Positions 1 to 14,142 of a DNA stretch of 64,000 nt are shown here, piece after piece. This DNA comes from Squalus acanthias (lineage: Eukaryota): NCBI GenBank assembly GCA_030390025.1, contig CM059432.1:40116001-40180000 (forward strand). Direction: 5' to 3'. The notes below the pieces were generated by a model that did no database searches, had not been told where the DNA came from, and saw only the letters and a list, made by a program, of their open reading frames with translations. Every line of letters begins with the position of its first letter. Positions within the stretch are counted from its first letter, which is position 1. Both the position numbers and the translations under genes were made by a program.

Positions 1-138
1 CAACCAATGCATCCACTATCTCTATAGCCACCTCTTTCAAAACCCTAGAATGTAGGCCATCGGGTCTAGGGGATTTATCGGCTTTCAATCCCATTAATTT
101 CTCCAGTACTATTTTTTTACTAATACTAATTTCTTTCC
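1..138 (-). mobile_element. CR1 LINE fragment (ORF2 SPGPDG region)
   Basis: Similar to 5600-5740 and 44630-44770 of CR1 copies in this window. Confidence 0.8.
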
Positions 139-539
139 TCTTAAATCAGGGGGATTTATAATACTAATATCACTTGAAATAGAATTGAACTTGAGTTTTT
201 ATAGTTGGACTGCAATGCTGCAGCTACTGGCTCAACCAGTTTATGTTGATAAATTGTCTATTCCCCAGAAATTACTTTTTAAGTGGCTGTTTTTATTTGA
301 GCAATTGATGCATTTTAAATGGGATAATATATTATTTTTGGTGTTACACTGTAAAAGAAATTTACTGGATGAATTAAATGCTCTATTTAAAAAAAATACT
401 TTAATACTTATAATTGAGATCCTGTTTTTATTTAGTCTACCCTAGTGAGTGCTGGATTGTTTTCCATTTTTCAGAATAGTTGCAAATTATGATCAAGACG
501 CCTCAATAATGAGCGTGTATAATGTTAAATATTAACTTA

Positions 540-952
540 GGGCAACACGGTGGCATAGTGGTTAGCACTGGTGCCTCACAGCGCCAGGGACCCGGGTTCG
601 AATCTGACCTCGGGTGACTGTCTGTGTGGAGTTTGCACATTCTCCCCGTGTCTGCGTGGGTTTCCTCCGGGTGCTCCGGTTTCCTCCCACAGTCCAAAAA
701 TGTGCGGGTTAGGTTGATTTGGCTATGATAAATTGACCCTTAGTGTTAGGGGGGGATTAAATATGTGGGGTGATGGGATATGTTAGGGGGAATTAAATAC
801 GTGGGGTTACGGGGGTAGGGTGGGATATGTGTACTGTGGGGATTAAAGCAGGGACAGGGTACTGGATTTGGATGATCAGCCATGATCGTATTGAATGGTG
901 GAGCAGGCTCGACGGGCCGAATGGCCTACTCCTGCTCCTAGATTCTATGTTT
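540..952 (+). mobile_element. tRNA-derived V-SINE (HE1-like) with CR1-derived 3' tail
   Basis: tRNA head with A box (tggcatagtgg) and B box (ggttcgaatc); V-domain gtgtggagtttgcacattctccccgtgtctgcgtggg; tail gggccgaatggcctactcctgctcct shared with local CR1 3' ends; near-identical to 7675-8104. Confidence 0.88.
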
Positions 953-1821
953 AAAAAAAAACTGGAAGGGCCAATGGACATTTATTTGCATCCCCTTTCT
1001 AAGAGCATATGTCATTTGCATTTAAGTGTTACTTATGCTGTTTCTCTTCACCTGAAATAGCAAAGTATTTATGAAAATTTGTTATCTTAAAAGGGTTAAT
1101 TCACATTAGTGCATAAAAATATAGATTTGGAACAAGTACAGGAAAATTGAGGTTATTTCATGACCTAAAAATGAGAATCTTCCCAAAATAACAGCATATT
1201 TGACTTCATTCAGCAGCAGCCAGAATTGACAAGTTACTTAGCATCAGGTTTCTGTTGTGATTTGGTTGGCTCCAAGCATGATTTCAGCTGCTTTTTTTTT
1301 GCGAGCGAACTGTGAGTCTGAGCAACAAAATCTCTTTCATTTCCTAATCACTACCCATTTTTAAAAAATTTCAGATACAATAGTTTTTTTTATTAGGTTG
1401 TTCCACAGAGGCTTCAGTTTTCCTATATAGTGGAGCAGATCTTTCTTTTCGTCTCCTTTTCACTATCGTTCATCCTTGAACTTTAATTACCAATTGTCTA
1501 TGTAAAAAAAAAGTTTTGTACTATTGCAAAGAGGTGGTTTTGTAACTGTTCATCGTGTTCTCTTGGTGTTTACATTGAGTCATATGATTCCGTGACTGCA
1601 CAGCTGTTCATCTTCACAAATTACTGCAGTAAATATTTGCCCATGTGCCTACTTTGTTCCTGCTGAAGATTTATGTACATTACCAATCTAATTTTTGCAG
1701 TTGAACAAAAGTAAAATAGGTATGAATACAGTACCAGCTTACTTGACCTGAAGCTGCTTATGTTTGCAATTGCAATAGGTAAACTTGTACTATATGCACT
1801 ATTTACTGGGTCTATTCAGTA

Positions 1822-2955
1822 AACAATAACAGCTTGTATTTATATAGTGCCTTTAACGTAGTGAAACTTCCCAAGGCGCTTCACAGGAGCGTTCTAAAAC
1901 AAAATTAGGAGAAATTAGGGCAGAGGGTCCTAGAGGTACATTTTAAGGAGTGTCTTAAAGGAGGAAAGAGAGGCTGAGAATTTTAGGGAGGGAATTCCAG
2001 AGCTTAGGGCCTTGGCAGCTGAAGGCACGGCCACCAATGGTTGAGCGATTAAAATCCGGACTGCTCAAGAGGTCAGAATTAGAGGAGCACAGATATCTCG
2101 TTGGGGTTGTGGGGCTGGCAGAGATTAGAGATAGGGAGGGGCGAAGCCATAGAGGGATTTGAAAACAAGGATGAGAATTTTAAAATCGAGGCGTTGCTTA
2201 ACCAGGAGCCAATGTAGGTCAGCAAGCACAGGGGTGATGGGTGAACGGGACTTGGTGTGAGTTAGGACATGGGCAGCCGAGTTTTGGATGACCTCAAGGT
2301 TACGTAGGATAGAACGTGGGAGGCCGGCCAGGAGTGCGTTGGAATAGTCAAATCTAGAGGTAACAAAGGCATGAATGAGGGTTTCAGCAGCAGATGAGCT
2401 GAGGCAGGGGCGGAGTCGGGTGATGGAGGTGGAAATAGGCGGTCTTAATTATGCAGCATATATGTGGTCGGAAGCTCATTTCCGGGTCAGATATGACACC
2501 AAGGTTGCGAACAGTGTGGTTCAGCCTCGGACAGATGTTGGGGAGAGGGATGGACTCAGTGGCTAGGGAATTGAGTTTGTGGCGGGGACCGAAGACAATG
2601 GCTTTGCTCTTCCCAATATTTAGATGGAGGCAATTTCTGCTCATCCAGTACTGGATGTCGGACAAGCAGTCTGACAATTTAGAGACAGTGGTGGTGAGGC
2701 AGAGCTGGGTGTCGTCAGCGTACATGTGGAAACTGACGCTGTGTTTTCGGATGATGTCGCCAGGGGCAGCATGTAGATGAGAAATAGGAGGAGCCAAGGA
2801 TGGATCCTTGGGGGACACCAGAGGTAACGATGCAGGAGCAGCAAGAGAAGTCATTGCAGGTGATGCTCTGGCTATGATTAGATAAGAATGCAACCAGGCG
2901 AGTTCAGTCCCACCCAGGTGGACGACGGTGGAGAGGCGTTGGAGGAGGATATCTA
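1822..2955 (-). mobile_element. L2-clade LINE, 3' part, decayed
   Basis: ORF 2384-2893 has RT motif FHMYADDTQL; tail is the reverse complement of ataaat(g/a)caag(ttg)n. Confidence 0.85.
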
Positions 2956-3159
2956 GATACCAACCTCCCTAAATGGTTGCATTTAAAAGCAATATGAGAT
3001 TGGTTAGAGGGATGCATTGCTGATGTATAATTTTTATAGAGGTAAATACTAAAAGGTAAATATTAGTAAATCAAATTTGAATATGACCGAGGGAAAAATG
3101 TGACTGGTAAAATTCTATGATACAGGAATGTTTCTGGTTAGTGTGTGTGTGCGCGTCAT

Positions 3160-3470
3160 AAAGTGTTTGTTCAAAAAGATGGGCTTTAAGGAGGAGAGGG
3201 GAGAGGGAAGTGGAGTGGAGGACAGGCTTAGGAAAGGAATTCCACAGCATGGGGCCTAAGCAGCTGAAGGCACAGAAAGGGAATGCGCAAGAGGCTGAAT
3301 TGGAGAAACAGACAGTTCACGGGGGTTTGTAGAGCTGGAGGAGATTACAGAGATAGGGAAGGACAAGGCCAAAAAGAGGTTTAAACACAACGTGAACATT
3401 TTAAATTTAAGAAACTCTCGAGGCAGTAAGGGGGTAAGATAAGAGTAGCACACTTTTGGACACTAAGTTA
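3160..3470 (-). mobile_element. Old L2 fragment (probably continues at ~6115-6960)
   Basis: Similar to 1940-2200; 6115-6960 carries more upstream L2 RT sequence on the same strand. Confidence 0.6.
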
Positions 3471-3504
3471 GGAGGAACAGTAAGTAGTGCAGATGCGAAC
3501 AGGA

Positions 3505-6112
3505 AGCTACCATGGCAAATAAAGTTTAATGTAGGCAAGTGAGGTCATCCACTTTAGACCCACGAAAGATAAATCGCAGTATTTTCTAATTGGTGAGAAA
3601 TGAGGAACAGTAAAGGAGCAAAGAGATTTGGGTGTCCAAGTATACAAATCATTAAAAGCTAGTAGATGGGTACTCCAATCAATCAAAAATACCAATGGAA
3701 TATGCTGGCTTTTATCTCAAATGGGCAGGAATACAAAGGGGAGGAAGTTATGCTTCAGTTGTATAGAGCCGTGGTCAGACCCCATCTGGAATACTGCGTT
3801 CAGTTTTGGGCACCACACTTCAGGAAGGATATATTTGCTTTGAAGGGAGTGCCGATTCACCAGAATAATACTGGGGCTTTGAGGGCACGTTGCATAAACT
3901 TGGCTTGCATTCACTTGAGTATAGAACATTGAGTGGTGATCTAATTGAAGTGTTTAAAATGTTAAAAGGATTTGATAGGTTAGATACCTAGAAACTGTTT
4001 CCTCTGCTGGAGGAATCAAGAACAAAGGAACATAATAAAATTAGAGCTAGGCCATTCAGGAGCAAAATCAGGACGCATTTTTTCAGAGGTAGTAGAAATA
4101 AGAACATAAGAAATGAGAGCAGGAGTAGGCCATACGGCCCCTCGAGCCTGCTCTGCCATTCAATAAGATCATGGCTGATCATCGACCTCAACTCCACTTT
4201 CCCGCCCGATCTCCATATCCCTTGATTCCCCGAGAGTCCAAAAATCTATCTCTCTCAGCTTTGGATATACTCAAAGACTCAGCATTGACAGCCCTCTGGG
4301 GCAGAGAATTCCAAAGATTCACAACACTCTGAGTGAAGAAATTCCTCCTCATCTCAGTCTTAAATGGCCTACCCCTTATCCTGAGACTATGCCCCCTAGT
4401 TCTAGACACTCCAGTCAGGGGAAACAACCTCTCAGCATCTACCCTGTCAATCCCCTTCAGAATCTTGTATGTTTCAATGAGATCACCTCTCATTCTTCTA
4501 AACTTCCGAGAGTATAGGCCCATTCTACACAACCTCTCATCATAGGACAGCCCTCTCATCCCAGGAATCAATCTAGTGAACCTTCGTTGTACCACCTCCC
4601 AGGCAAGTATATCCTTCCTTCGATAAGGAGACCAAAACTGTGCACAGTGCTCCAGGTGTGGTCTCACCAAGGCTCTGTACAATTGTAGCAAGACTTCCTT
4701 ACTCTTGTACTCCAACCCCCTTGCAATAAAGACCAACATGCCATTTGCCTTCCTTATTGCTTGCTGTACCTGCATGCTAGCTTTCTGTGTTTCTTGCACG
4801 AGGACACCCAAATCTCTCTGAACAACAACATTTGAAAGTTTCTCACCATTTAAAAAATATTCTGTTTTTCTATTCTTCCTACCAAAGTGAATAACCTCAC
4901 ATTTCCCTAAATTATACTCCATCTACCACCTTACTGCCCACTCACTTAGTCTATCTATATCCCTTTGCAGACTCTTTGTGTTCTCCTCGCAGCTTACTGT
5001 CCCACCTAGCTTTGTATCATCAGCAAACTTGGATACATTACACTCGGTCCCTTTATCTAGGTCATTTATAGATTGTAAATAGCTGAGGCCCCAACACTGA
5101 TCCTTGCAGCACCCCACTAGTTACAGCCTGCCAACCTGAAAAAATTCGTTTATCCCTACTCTCTGTTTTCTGTCCATTAACCAATCCTCTATCCATGCTA
5201 TTATATTACCCCAACCTCATGAGCCCTAATCTTGTGTAATAATCTTTTATGTGGCACCTTATCAAATGCCTTTTGGAAATCCAAATATACTACATCCACT
5301 GGTTCCCCCTTATCAACCTTGCTAGTTACATCCTCAAAAAACTCTAATAAATTTGTCAAACTCGATTTCCCTTTCATAAAACCATGTTGACTCTGCCTAA
5401 TCATGGTATGATTTTCTAAGTGACTTGATACCACTTCCTTAACAATGGATTCCAGCATTTTCCCGACGACTGATGTCAGGCTAACTGGCCTGTAGTTCCC
5501 TGTTTTTTCTCTCCCTCCTTTCTTGAATTGCGGTGTTAGATTTGCAACCTTCCAATCCGCTGGGACCATTCTAGAATCTAGGGAATTTTGGAAGATCAAA
5601 ACCAATGCATCCACTATCTCTTCAGCCTCTTCTTTTAGAACCCTAGGATGCAGGCCGTCCGGTCCAGGGGATTTGTCGGTTTTTCGTCCCTTTGGTTTCT
5701 CTAGTACTTTTTCTCTACTTAAACTAATTACGTTAAGTTCCTCACCCTCATTAGACCCTTGGTCCCCCACCATTTTTGGTATGCTTTTTGTGTCTTCTAC
5801 TGTGAAGACACATACAAAATATTTGTTTAAATGCTAGCCACTGCTTATCTACTGCCATACCTTTTAATCTATTTTTCCAATCTACCTTAGCCAACTCGCC
5901 CCTCAAATCTTGAATTTGTTTCCCCAAAAGGCTGTGGATGCTGGGACAATTGGAGCTTTCAAGACTGAGATCAATAGATTTTTGTTGGGTAAGGGTATCA
6001 AGGAATGTGGAGCTAAAGCAGGTAAATAGAGTTGAGGTACAGATCAGCCATGATCTAATTGAATGGCTGATCAGCCCTAAGGGCTGAATGGTCTACTCTT
6101 ATTCCTATGTTC
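3505..6112 (+). mobile_element. Decayed CR1 3' end (3505-4095 and ~5906-6112) split by a younger CR1
   Basis: LQLYRAVVRPHLEYCVQFWAP motif; sequence resumes at ~5906 and ends in a CR1 tail (aatggtctactcttattcctatgtt). Confidence 0.75.
4100..5905 (-). mobile_element. CR1 LINE, 5'-truncated RT region with frameshifts
   Basis: ORFs 5201-5773 ([20 protein letters not shown]), 4923-5117 (FADDTK), 4188-4922 (RPHLE, RGDLIETYK); CR1 tail at ~4100. Confidence 0.92.
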
Positions 6113-6114
6113 CA

Positions 6115-6960
6115 AAGCATAGACCAAGCATTTGGTGACACTAAGCAGACAGGCTGAGGTAGGGGTGAAGACAGGCAGTGGAGGTAGAAGTGGGCAGTTT
6201 TTGTGATGGAGAGGATATGGGTTCAGAAACCGCTCAGCTCAAATAGGATGCTGAGACTGTGACCATGCTGGTCCAGCCCGAAATGGTGGCTGGCGGGGGG
6301 AATGGAATCAGTGGCAAGATTATGGAGTATGTGACAGGGTGTGAAGACCATGGCTTTGGTCTTATCAGTGTTTAGCTGGAGGCCATTGCGGTTCATTAAA
6401 GACTAGAGTGGTCTGACAACACAAACCGTGGAGGTAAGACAAGATCGCGAGATAGAGCTGGATGTTGTGTGGAAGCTGACCCTATGTCTGAGAGTGATCT
6501 CGCCAAGGGACAGCACATAAATGTGAAAGGGGGGACTCTGGAGTTAACAGTCCTGGGAATGGGAAGGGAAACAATTGCATGTATGAGAGTGGAACCAAGC
6601 AACGGCGGTCCCACTGAGCTGGATAATGAAGAAGGAGGATGATGTTCTCAAAGGCTGCAGGAAGGTTGAGGAGGTGTTAATGCACCATGATCACAATCAC
6701 AGAGGATGTCATTTGTGACTTTGGTTAGGGCCATTTTGGTGGTGTGAGAGGGAATAAAACCTGATTGGAGAGAGTCTCACAATTGGGGGACTGGATGGAC
6801 ATGGATTTGGGAAGCGACAACACATTCATTGACTTTGGAGAGGAAAGGGAGATTTGAGATGGAGCAGTAGTTTGTAAAAACACAAGGATCAATGGTGGGG
6901 TTTTGAAGAGGGGGGGCAAGGACGGCAGTTTTGACAGGAAACCATTTACAATGTCAGCAA
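6115..6960 (-). mobile_element. Old L2 RT fragment
   Basis: Reverse complement resembles the L2 at 45200-45780. Confidence 0.65.
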
Positions 6961-7630
6961 TTTTAACTCCATATCCTCGCCATCATAAAGACTGCTTACT
7001 TCTACTTAACATCTCCTGCCATTGCCCAAATCTCAGCCCATCTGCTGCTGAAACTCTCATCCATGCCTTTGTCAACTTCAACTCAACTATTTCAATGCTC
7101 TCCTGGCCAACCTCCTATCATCCACTCTCTAAACTGCAGCTCATCCAAAACTTTGCTGCCTGTATCCTATCCCACACCAAGTCCCACTTGTCCATCACCC
7201 CCTGTCCTCGCTGACCTACATTGGCTCTCGATCTCCCAATGCCTCAAATTTAAAATTCTTATCGTTATGTTTAAATCCCTCTGTGACCTCACCTCTCGCT
7301 ATTGCTGTAGCCTCCTGCAGTGCTACAACGCATATCTTTCATCTCCACTCCCCACACATAACATGCGCACATACAAGTGTGTATTTGTATGCGCAGGCAC
7401 GCACACATACATGCTTTCATGCATTCCCTCTCTCCATTTCTTTGACTCTGGCCTCTTGTGTATCCTCCCTCACTTTGATCTACCATTGGTGACTTAGGTC
7501 CCGTGCTCTGGAATTCCCTCCCTAAATGACACTACCTCTCCACAACCCTCTCCTTTTTAAGACTGCCTATAAAGCCCACCTCTTTGACCAAGCTTTTGGA
7601 CAACCCTCTTAATCTCATACTGTGCCTTTT
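6960..7630 (+). mobile_element. L2 3' fragment
   Basis: AAETLIHAFV, LQLIQN, LADLHWL motifs; similar to 48990-49520. Confidence 0.75.
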
Positions 7631-7674
7631 CCTGAAGAATGGAGAGAAGTCCCTGTTTAAGGCACAGAAGTAAA

Positions 7675-8104
7675 ACGGTGGCATAGTGGTTAGCACTGGT
7701 GCCTCACAGCGCCAGAGACCCGGGTTCGAATCTGACCTCGGGTGACTGTCTGTGTGGAGTTTGCACATTCTCCCCGTGTCTGCGTGGGTTTCCTCCGGGT
7801 GCTCCGGTTTCCTCCCACTGTCCAAAAATGTGCGGGTTAGGTTGATTTGGCTATGATAAATTGACCCTTAGTGTTAGGGGGGGATTAAATATGTGGGGTT
7901 ATGGGGATAGGATGGGATATGTTAGGGGGAATTAAATACGTGGGGTTACGGGGGTCGGGTGGGATATGTGTACTGTGGGGATTAAAGCAGGGACAGGGTA
8001 CTGGATTTGAATGATCAGCCATGATCGTATTGAATGGTGTTGCAGGCTCGACGGGCCGAATGGCCTACTCCTGCTCCTAGATTCTATGTTTCTATATGTT
8101 TCTA
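7675..8104 (+). mobile_element. HE1-like V-SINE, second copy
   Basis: Near-identical to 540-952 but missing the first few bases; ends in (tctatgtt)n-like tail. Confidence 0.88.
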
Positions 8105-8234
8105 TTGTGATCAGCTCTCCTGATGTACCACCCTTGGTCAAAATGTATAGCAGGTGAGCTGGTCAGTGTGTAACAAGGCCATTGAAACAATGATCAGCCT
8201 CACCAACCTCTAGGTCCAATTCCAAGAATTTTGA

Positions 8235-8343
8235 AATAAAAACAGAAAATGCAGGAAATACTCAGCAGGTCAAGTAGCATCCGTGGAGAGAGAAACAGAG
8301 TTAACGTTTCAGATCGATGACCTTTCGTCAGATGACCTTTCTC
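8235..8343 (-). mobile_element. PLE family B terminal mini-insertion
   Basis: Matches the terminal repeat at 36700-36805; flanked by 15-bp TSD ttcca(a/g)gaattttga (8220-8234 / 8344-8358). Confidence 0.8.
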
Positions 8344-8796
8344 TTCCAGGAATTTTGAGCCTATTGCCAGCATTGGGAAGATGCTGTGGTGCAATCCAGC
8401 ATCCCCTTCAAACCTGTGAGATTATTTTGATAAATAGTCTGCACTTGGAACAGGTGAACCACTTTCGTATAAATGTACTCCACCCTACCCCACCAGTTCA
8501 CCCCCACACGCGCATTCAATCCCACTGAGCCCTCATAATCAAAAGGAGCCAAGGACCCCTTGATGAAAGCAAGATTCCAGTACCCCACTGCCCTGCCTTC
8601 CTAAACGCCCACTGGCCGTATGTAACACCTAGCCCTTGAAAGACTTCTGCCTTTTTCAAAATGACTGCTTATCCAAGAGGACCAAGTTGGCATCAGAATT
8701 TTAAAATGCGATGCCCTGATACCATTTAGCGCTGATTGTTACAATGGCACCTACTTCAGATCAGTGAATAATAACACTGTATAAATACCTAATTTA

Positions 8797-10245
8797 AAAT
8801 CACAGAATCTTACAGCACAGAAGGAGGCTAGTTGGCCCGTTACGTCTGTGCCAGCTCTTTGAAAGAGCTGTCCAGTTTAGTTCCATAACCCTGCTCTTCA
8901 AGTACATGCCCAATTGCCTTTTAAAAGTTCCTATGGAATCTGATTCCACCACCCTTTCTCCTCATTTCCTCTCTATTTCTTTTGCCAATTATTTTAAATC
9001 TATAACCTCTGGTTACTGACCCACTTGCCAGAGGAAACAGTTTCTCCCTACTTGCTTTAGCAAAACCCTTCATAATTTTGAATACCTCTGTTCGGTTTCC
9101 CCTTAACCTTCTCTTCTCGAAGGAGAACAATCTCAGCTTCTCCCCACATAACTGAATTCCCATATCCCTAGTATCATCCTGGCAAACCTCCTCTGTAGCC
9201 TCTCCAGGGCCTTGACATCCTTCCTAAAGTGTGGTGCCCAGAATTTTACACAATACTCCAGCTGAGGCCTAACCAGTGATTTGTAAAGGTTTAGCATAAC
9301 TTCCCTGTTTTTGCATTCAGTGCCCCTAATTGCCAAGTCAAATATCCCATATGCTTTCTTAACCGCCTTAACTTGCTCTGCCACCTTCAAATATTTGTGA
9401 ACCCCCCCAGATCCCTCTGTTCTTGCATCCCCTCAAAATATTATCATTTAGATTATGCTGCCTCTCCATGTTATTTCTCCCAAAGTGCATCACTTCACAC
9501 TTCTCTGCATAAAATTTTACCTGCCATGTATCTGCCCATTTCACCAGTCTGTCTATATCTTCCTGAAGTCTGCTACTATCATACTCCCTATTTACTACGT
9601 TGCAAAGTTTTGTATCGTCTGCAAACTTCGAAATTGTACTCCCTATACTGAAGTCCAGATCATTTTATTTATAACAAGAAAAGCAATGGTCCTGATACTG
9701 ACCCCTGAAGGACCGTACTACATACTTCTCTCCAGTCAGGAAAAACATCCGTTCATCACTACTCTCTCTCACCTATCCCTTAGCCCATTTCGAACCCAAG
9801 TTACCACTGTCCCTTTAATACTATGTGCTTCTATTTTCTGAATAGTATGTTATGAGGTACTTTATCAAATGCCTTTTGAGAGCTCACATATACAACATCT
9901 ACTGCACTACCTTCATCAACCTTCTCTGTTACTTCATCAAAGAACTTAATCAAGTTAGTCAGACACTATTTGCCTTTAATGCATCCGTGCTGGCTGTCCC
10001 TTATTAACCCATGCTTCAAGTGAGAATTAATTTTTTCCTTGACGATTGTTTCTAGTTGTTTTCCCATTGGAACTCTGTAGTCAGAGCTTCTGCTATCTCC
10101 ATCCTCACTTCCCTCAGCAACCTAGGATGCATCCCATCTGGACCAGGTGACTTGCTAACTTTGAGTGATGCCAACCTATTTAGCACTTCCTTTCTATCTA
10201 TTTTCATCCTATCCAATATCTCTACTCCCCCTCCTCTACTCCGAC
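8797..10245 (-). mobile_element. Decayed CR1 LINE
   Basis: ORFs 9133-9390 (RPQLEYCVKFW) and 8921-9163; SPGPDG region near 10130. Confidence 0.85.
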
Positions 10246-10259
10246 ATTAACTTAGAATA

Positions 10260-10345
10260 GAAAAGAAAAAGAAAGACTTGCATTTATATAGCACCTTTCA
10301 TGACAACCGGACATCCCAAAACGCTTTACTGCCAATGAAGTACTA
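10260..10345 (-). mobile_element. 3' tail fragment of Deu/SacSINE1-like SINE
   Basis: Reverse complement of 14515-14597. Confidence 0.7.
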
Positions 10346-12630
10346 TGAAGAATCATATAATACAGCAGAGAAGGAGGTCATTAGGCCTATCGAGTCTGCG
10401 CCGGCTCTTTCGAAGAGCAATCCAGTTAGTCTTATTCCCCCGCTCTTTCCCCATATCCCTGCAATTTTTCGCCAAGTATTTATCCAATTCCCTTTTTGAA
10501 GGCTAGTATTGAATTTGTATTCACCACCCTATCGGGCAGTGCATTCCAAATCCTAACCACTCGTGTGAAAAAAAAGTTTTTCCTCATGTCACCTCTGGTT
10601 CTTTTGCCAATTACTTTAAATCTGTGCCCTCTTGTTATTGATCCTTCAGCCATTAAAAAAACTTTCTCTTTATTTACTTTATCTAAAACCTTCATGATTT
10701 TAAACACCTCTATCAAATCTCCTCTTAGCCTTCTCTGCTCTAAGGCGAACAATCCCAGCTTCTATCCACGTAACTGTAATCGCTCATTCCTGGAACTATT
10801 CTATTAAATCTCTTTTGTACCCTCTCCAAAGCCTTCATGTCCTTCCTAAAGTGTGATGCCCATAACTGGACACAATACTCCAGCTGGGGCCGAACTAGTG
10901 TTTTATATAGGTTTAACATATCTTCCTGACTTTTGTCCTCTGTCTTTTTACGAAGACCAGGATCCCATAAGCTTTATTAACTGCTTTGTTAACCTGTCTT
11001 GCCACCTTCAAAGATTTGTGCACAAACGCCCCCCCCCCTCTCTGTTCTTGCAAGCCCTTTAAAATTGTACCATTTAGCTTGTATTGTCTCTCCTCATTCT
11101 TCCTACCAAAATGTATCGCCTCACACTTTTCCGCGTTGAATTTCATCTGCCATGTGTCCGCCCATCTCACCAGCCTGTCTAAGTCCTCTTGAGGTCTATT
11201 ACTATCTTCCTCACTATTTGCTACACTTCTAATTTTGAAATTATGCCCTATATACCCCAAGTCCAAGTCATTAATGTATATCAAAAACAGCAGTGGTCCT
11301 AGTACTGAACCCTGGGGAATGCCACTGTACACCTTCCTCCAGTCCAAAAAAACAGCTGTCCACCACAACTGTTTTCTATCCCTTAGCGAATTTTATATCC
11401 ATGCTGCTACTGCCCCCTTTATCCCATGGGCTTCAATTTTGCTAACGAGCCTAATACATGGTACTTTTTCAAATGCCTTTTGAAAATCCATATACATAAC
11501 ATCAACTGCACTGCCTTCTGTTACCTCATCACAAACTCAATCAAGTTAGTCAAGCATGATTTGCCCTTAACAAATCCTTTTAGTCCATGCTAGTCCAAGT
11601 GGCTGTTAATTTTCTCCTGGATTATTGTTTCCACCACCGACGTTATACTGACTGCCTTGTAATTGCCTTCTCCCCTTGTAATTGCCTTCTCCCCTGTTTT
11701 GAATATGTGTAACATTTGCAATCCTCCAGTCCTCTGGCACCACCCCTGTATCTAAGGAGAATTGGAAGATTGTGGCCAGCACCTCTGCCATTTCTACCCT
11801 TGCTTCCCTCAGCAACCTAGGATGCATCCCATCCGGACCGGGTGACTTATCCACTTTAAGTACTGCCAGCCTTTCTAGTACCTCCTTGTATCCTTTTCAA
11901 TTATCTCTGCACTCTCTGTATTCTGCCTGGTTTTCGATTGTATTCTGTATCTGACATTAGGCATAAACTTCCCTTTTCTGTTTTATTCTAACATCTATTT
12001 CTTTTGTCATCCAAAGAGCTCTAGCTTTGGATGGCCCATCTTTCCTCTTTATGGGAATATGCTTGGTTTGTACCCAAACTATCTCCGCCTTGAAGGCCTG
12101 CCATTGCTCATTTACTGTTGTCCTGGCCAATCTCCCTTCTCAAATCACTGGAATTAGCTCTCTTCCAGTTGGGTATTTTCACCTTTGATTTTTCTTTGTC
12201 CCTTTCCATAACTACTTTAAACCTAATGATATGTTCACTATTACCCAGATGTTCTCCCACTGAAACGCACTCCACTTGCCCTACTTCATTCCTCAGAACT
12301 AGATCCAGCACTGCTTCATTCATCCAAAAGCAAAGTACTGCGGATGCTGGAAATCTGAAATAAAAACAGAAAATGCTGGAAATGCTCAGCAGGTCAGGCA
12401 GCATCTGTGGAGAGAGAAACAGAGTTAACGTTTCAGGTCGAAGGGTCATCGACCTGAAACGTTAACTCTGTTTCTCTCTCCACAGATGCTTCCTGACCTG
12501 CTTCATTCATCGTTGGGCTAGAAACATTGATTAATTAAGAATGTTCTCCTGTACACATTTTAGGAATTCTTCACCCTCCTTGCCCTTTACTCTGTTTTCC
12601 CCCAGTCTATATTAGGGTAATTGAGGCCCT
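10346..12630 (-). mobile_element. Decayed CR1 LINE (end of EN domain to 3' end), interrupted by a PLE mini-insertion
   Basis: ORFs 10913-11368 ([18 protein letters not shown]), 11606-11854, 12108-12449 (EAVLDLVL). Confidence 0.87.
12325..12497. mobile_element. PLE family B fold-back mini-insertion
   Basis: Perfect 14-bp TSD ctgcttcattcatc (12311-12324 / 12498-12511); terminal repeat followed by its inverted partial copy, with the junction in the hammerhead motif. Confidence 0.88.
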
Positions 12631-14142
12631 ACTATTACTGCTATTATGAGCTATAGTAACATTAATGGTTCATTTTTAGCTTAATTTTTACTTTGTATGT
12701 CAGGGTAAGAACCTGGATGAAAATAACAGCTCATAATCTCCTAGAAAAAATGAGCATTTTACTTAGGAAATAGATTGCCCATGGCGTTGTGTGCATATGG
12801 AGAACAAATTTTCTCATCCATTGTGGGATGGTAATTTTCTTTTATAATCTTAAATAATTACAGAAATTTATAATCCCTTAGTATCAAAGTGCGCCTTGAA
12901 AAATACTGGTTTTAACAGGACAATTATGTATGTTTCAATATTGATGATGTACCTTTTGCCCAAGCCTAATGTGTATTCAGCTTTGGACTGCTTGGTTATA
13001 TTGTTCACCTTTCCACCCTCCTTCCACTCCTAGTCAAGCAGTCAGCAAGCTGATCTGCCCCAGGACATGGCTAGTACCGGCTTCTGTTTTGGGTGCAAGA
13101 ATTATGCGAACTCCAGGGTGATTCATCAGCCAGTGTTTCTCTTTTGCTTCTTGCAAGAAAGAGACTGATGTCTTTTCAGCTACTCCCTCTGACTGTGGTT
13201 TGAGATCAAAAGAGCAAACCTGGATTCTGTTGAAGCACTACAATATCACCCCTCACGACAGATGTGATTTCATTTTGAATACTGGGAAGTTAATTTAAGT
13301 GGAGTAGAATTTGTTGAGTTTGATCTGGGATTAGATTCTGAAGTCAATTTGCAGCTAAGTTGTGGAATCTATGAAAGCTTTACTAAAATGGAGTCATTTT
13401 TTATGTGATCCAACTTGAGAAAAGTTGATCAATTAGGTGATTGAAATGTTGGAATCGAGACAAATAATCTTGAAGCTAATTATCAAATTAATATAGGAAT
13501 AATATTTCAGAATCAGTATGTTGACAATAGTTTAATTTGCCCAAAATACCCCTTTGTTGAATATCATTAATATTGAAATTTTAATATTAATGTCAAATAC
13601 AAAACTATACCTTGAAATGCATTATTTTTAAAATGAACTTTAAAGTGGAGTAGCACTCCAGCTGTATTACAAGACCGACATTTCCCCAGTAGCAGTCTGA
13701 AATTGACTGCATGTTACCTTTCAGCCACATGATTCCATTTCCCAGGCAGCATGTGGTACAGTTAACAGCAGTGATAGGCTCTCATTTGTCATATTTCAAC
13801 TGACTTGCAGGTAGGGCTGCCTGTAGTAGATTAATTCCCAATTGTAAAAATGCACTATTTATCTATGATTAGATGTCTAGCATCTATGGCATCCATTGTG
13901 CCTCCATGTCACAGATGCAAAGTATATGTAACATTTGCACATGATTGGTTTGAATATCATATTCACAAACAGTAACAACATTTTGTATCACAAATGGTAC
14001 TAAATCAAAATTGAAGTCTTCGGCTTCTTTTAAAAAAAAATAGATTTGTCATTGTTTGCTGACCTTGATGACATATCCTCTTAATGGGAGAAGCTGGGAT
14101 TTACAAGGAGCTGCTAATCTAGAGACAAACTATCCTAAGCTG

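Noticed and set aside
540..615. tRNA gene
   Set aside because: tRNA-like head continues into a SINE body and LINE tail; no poly-T terminator
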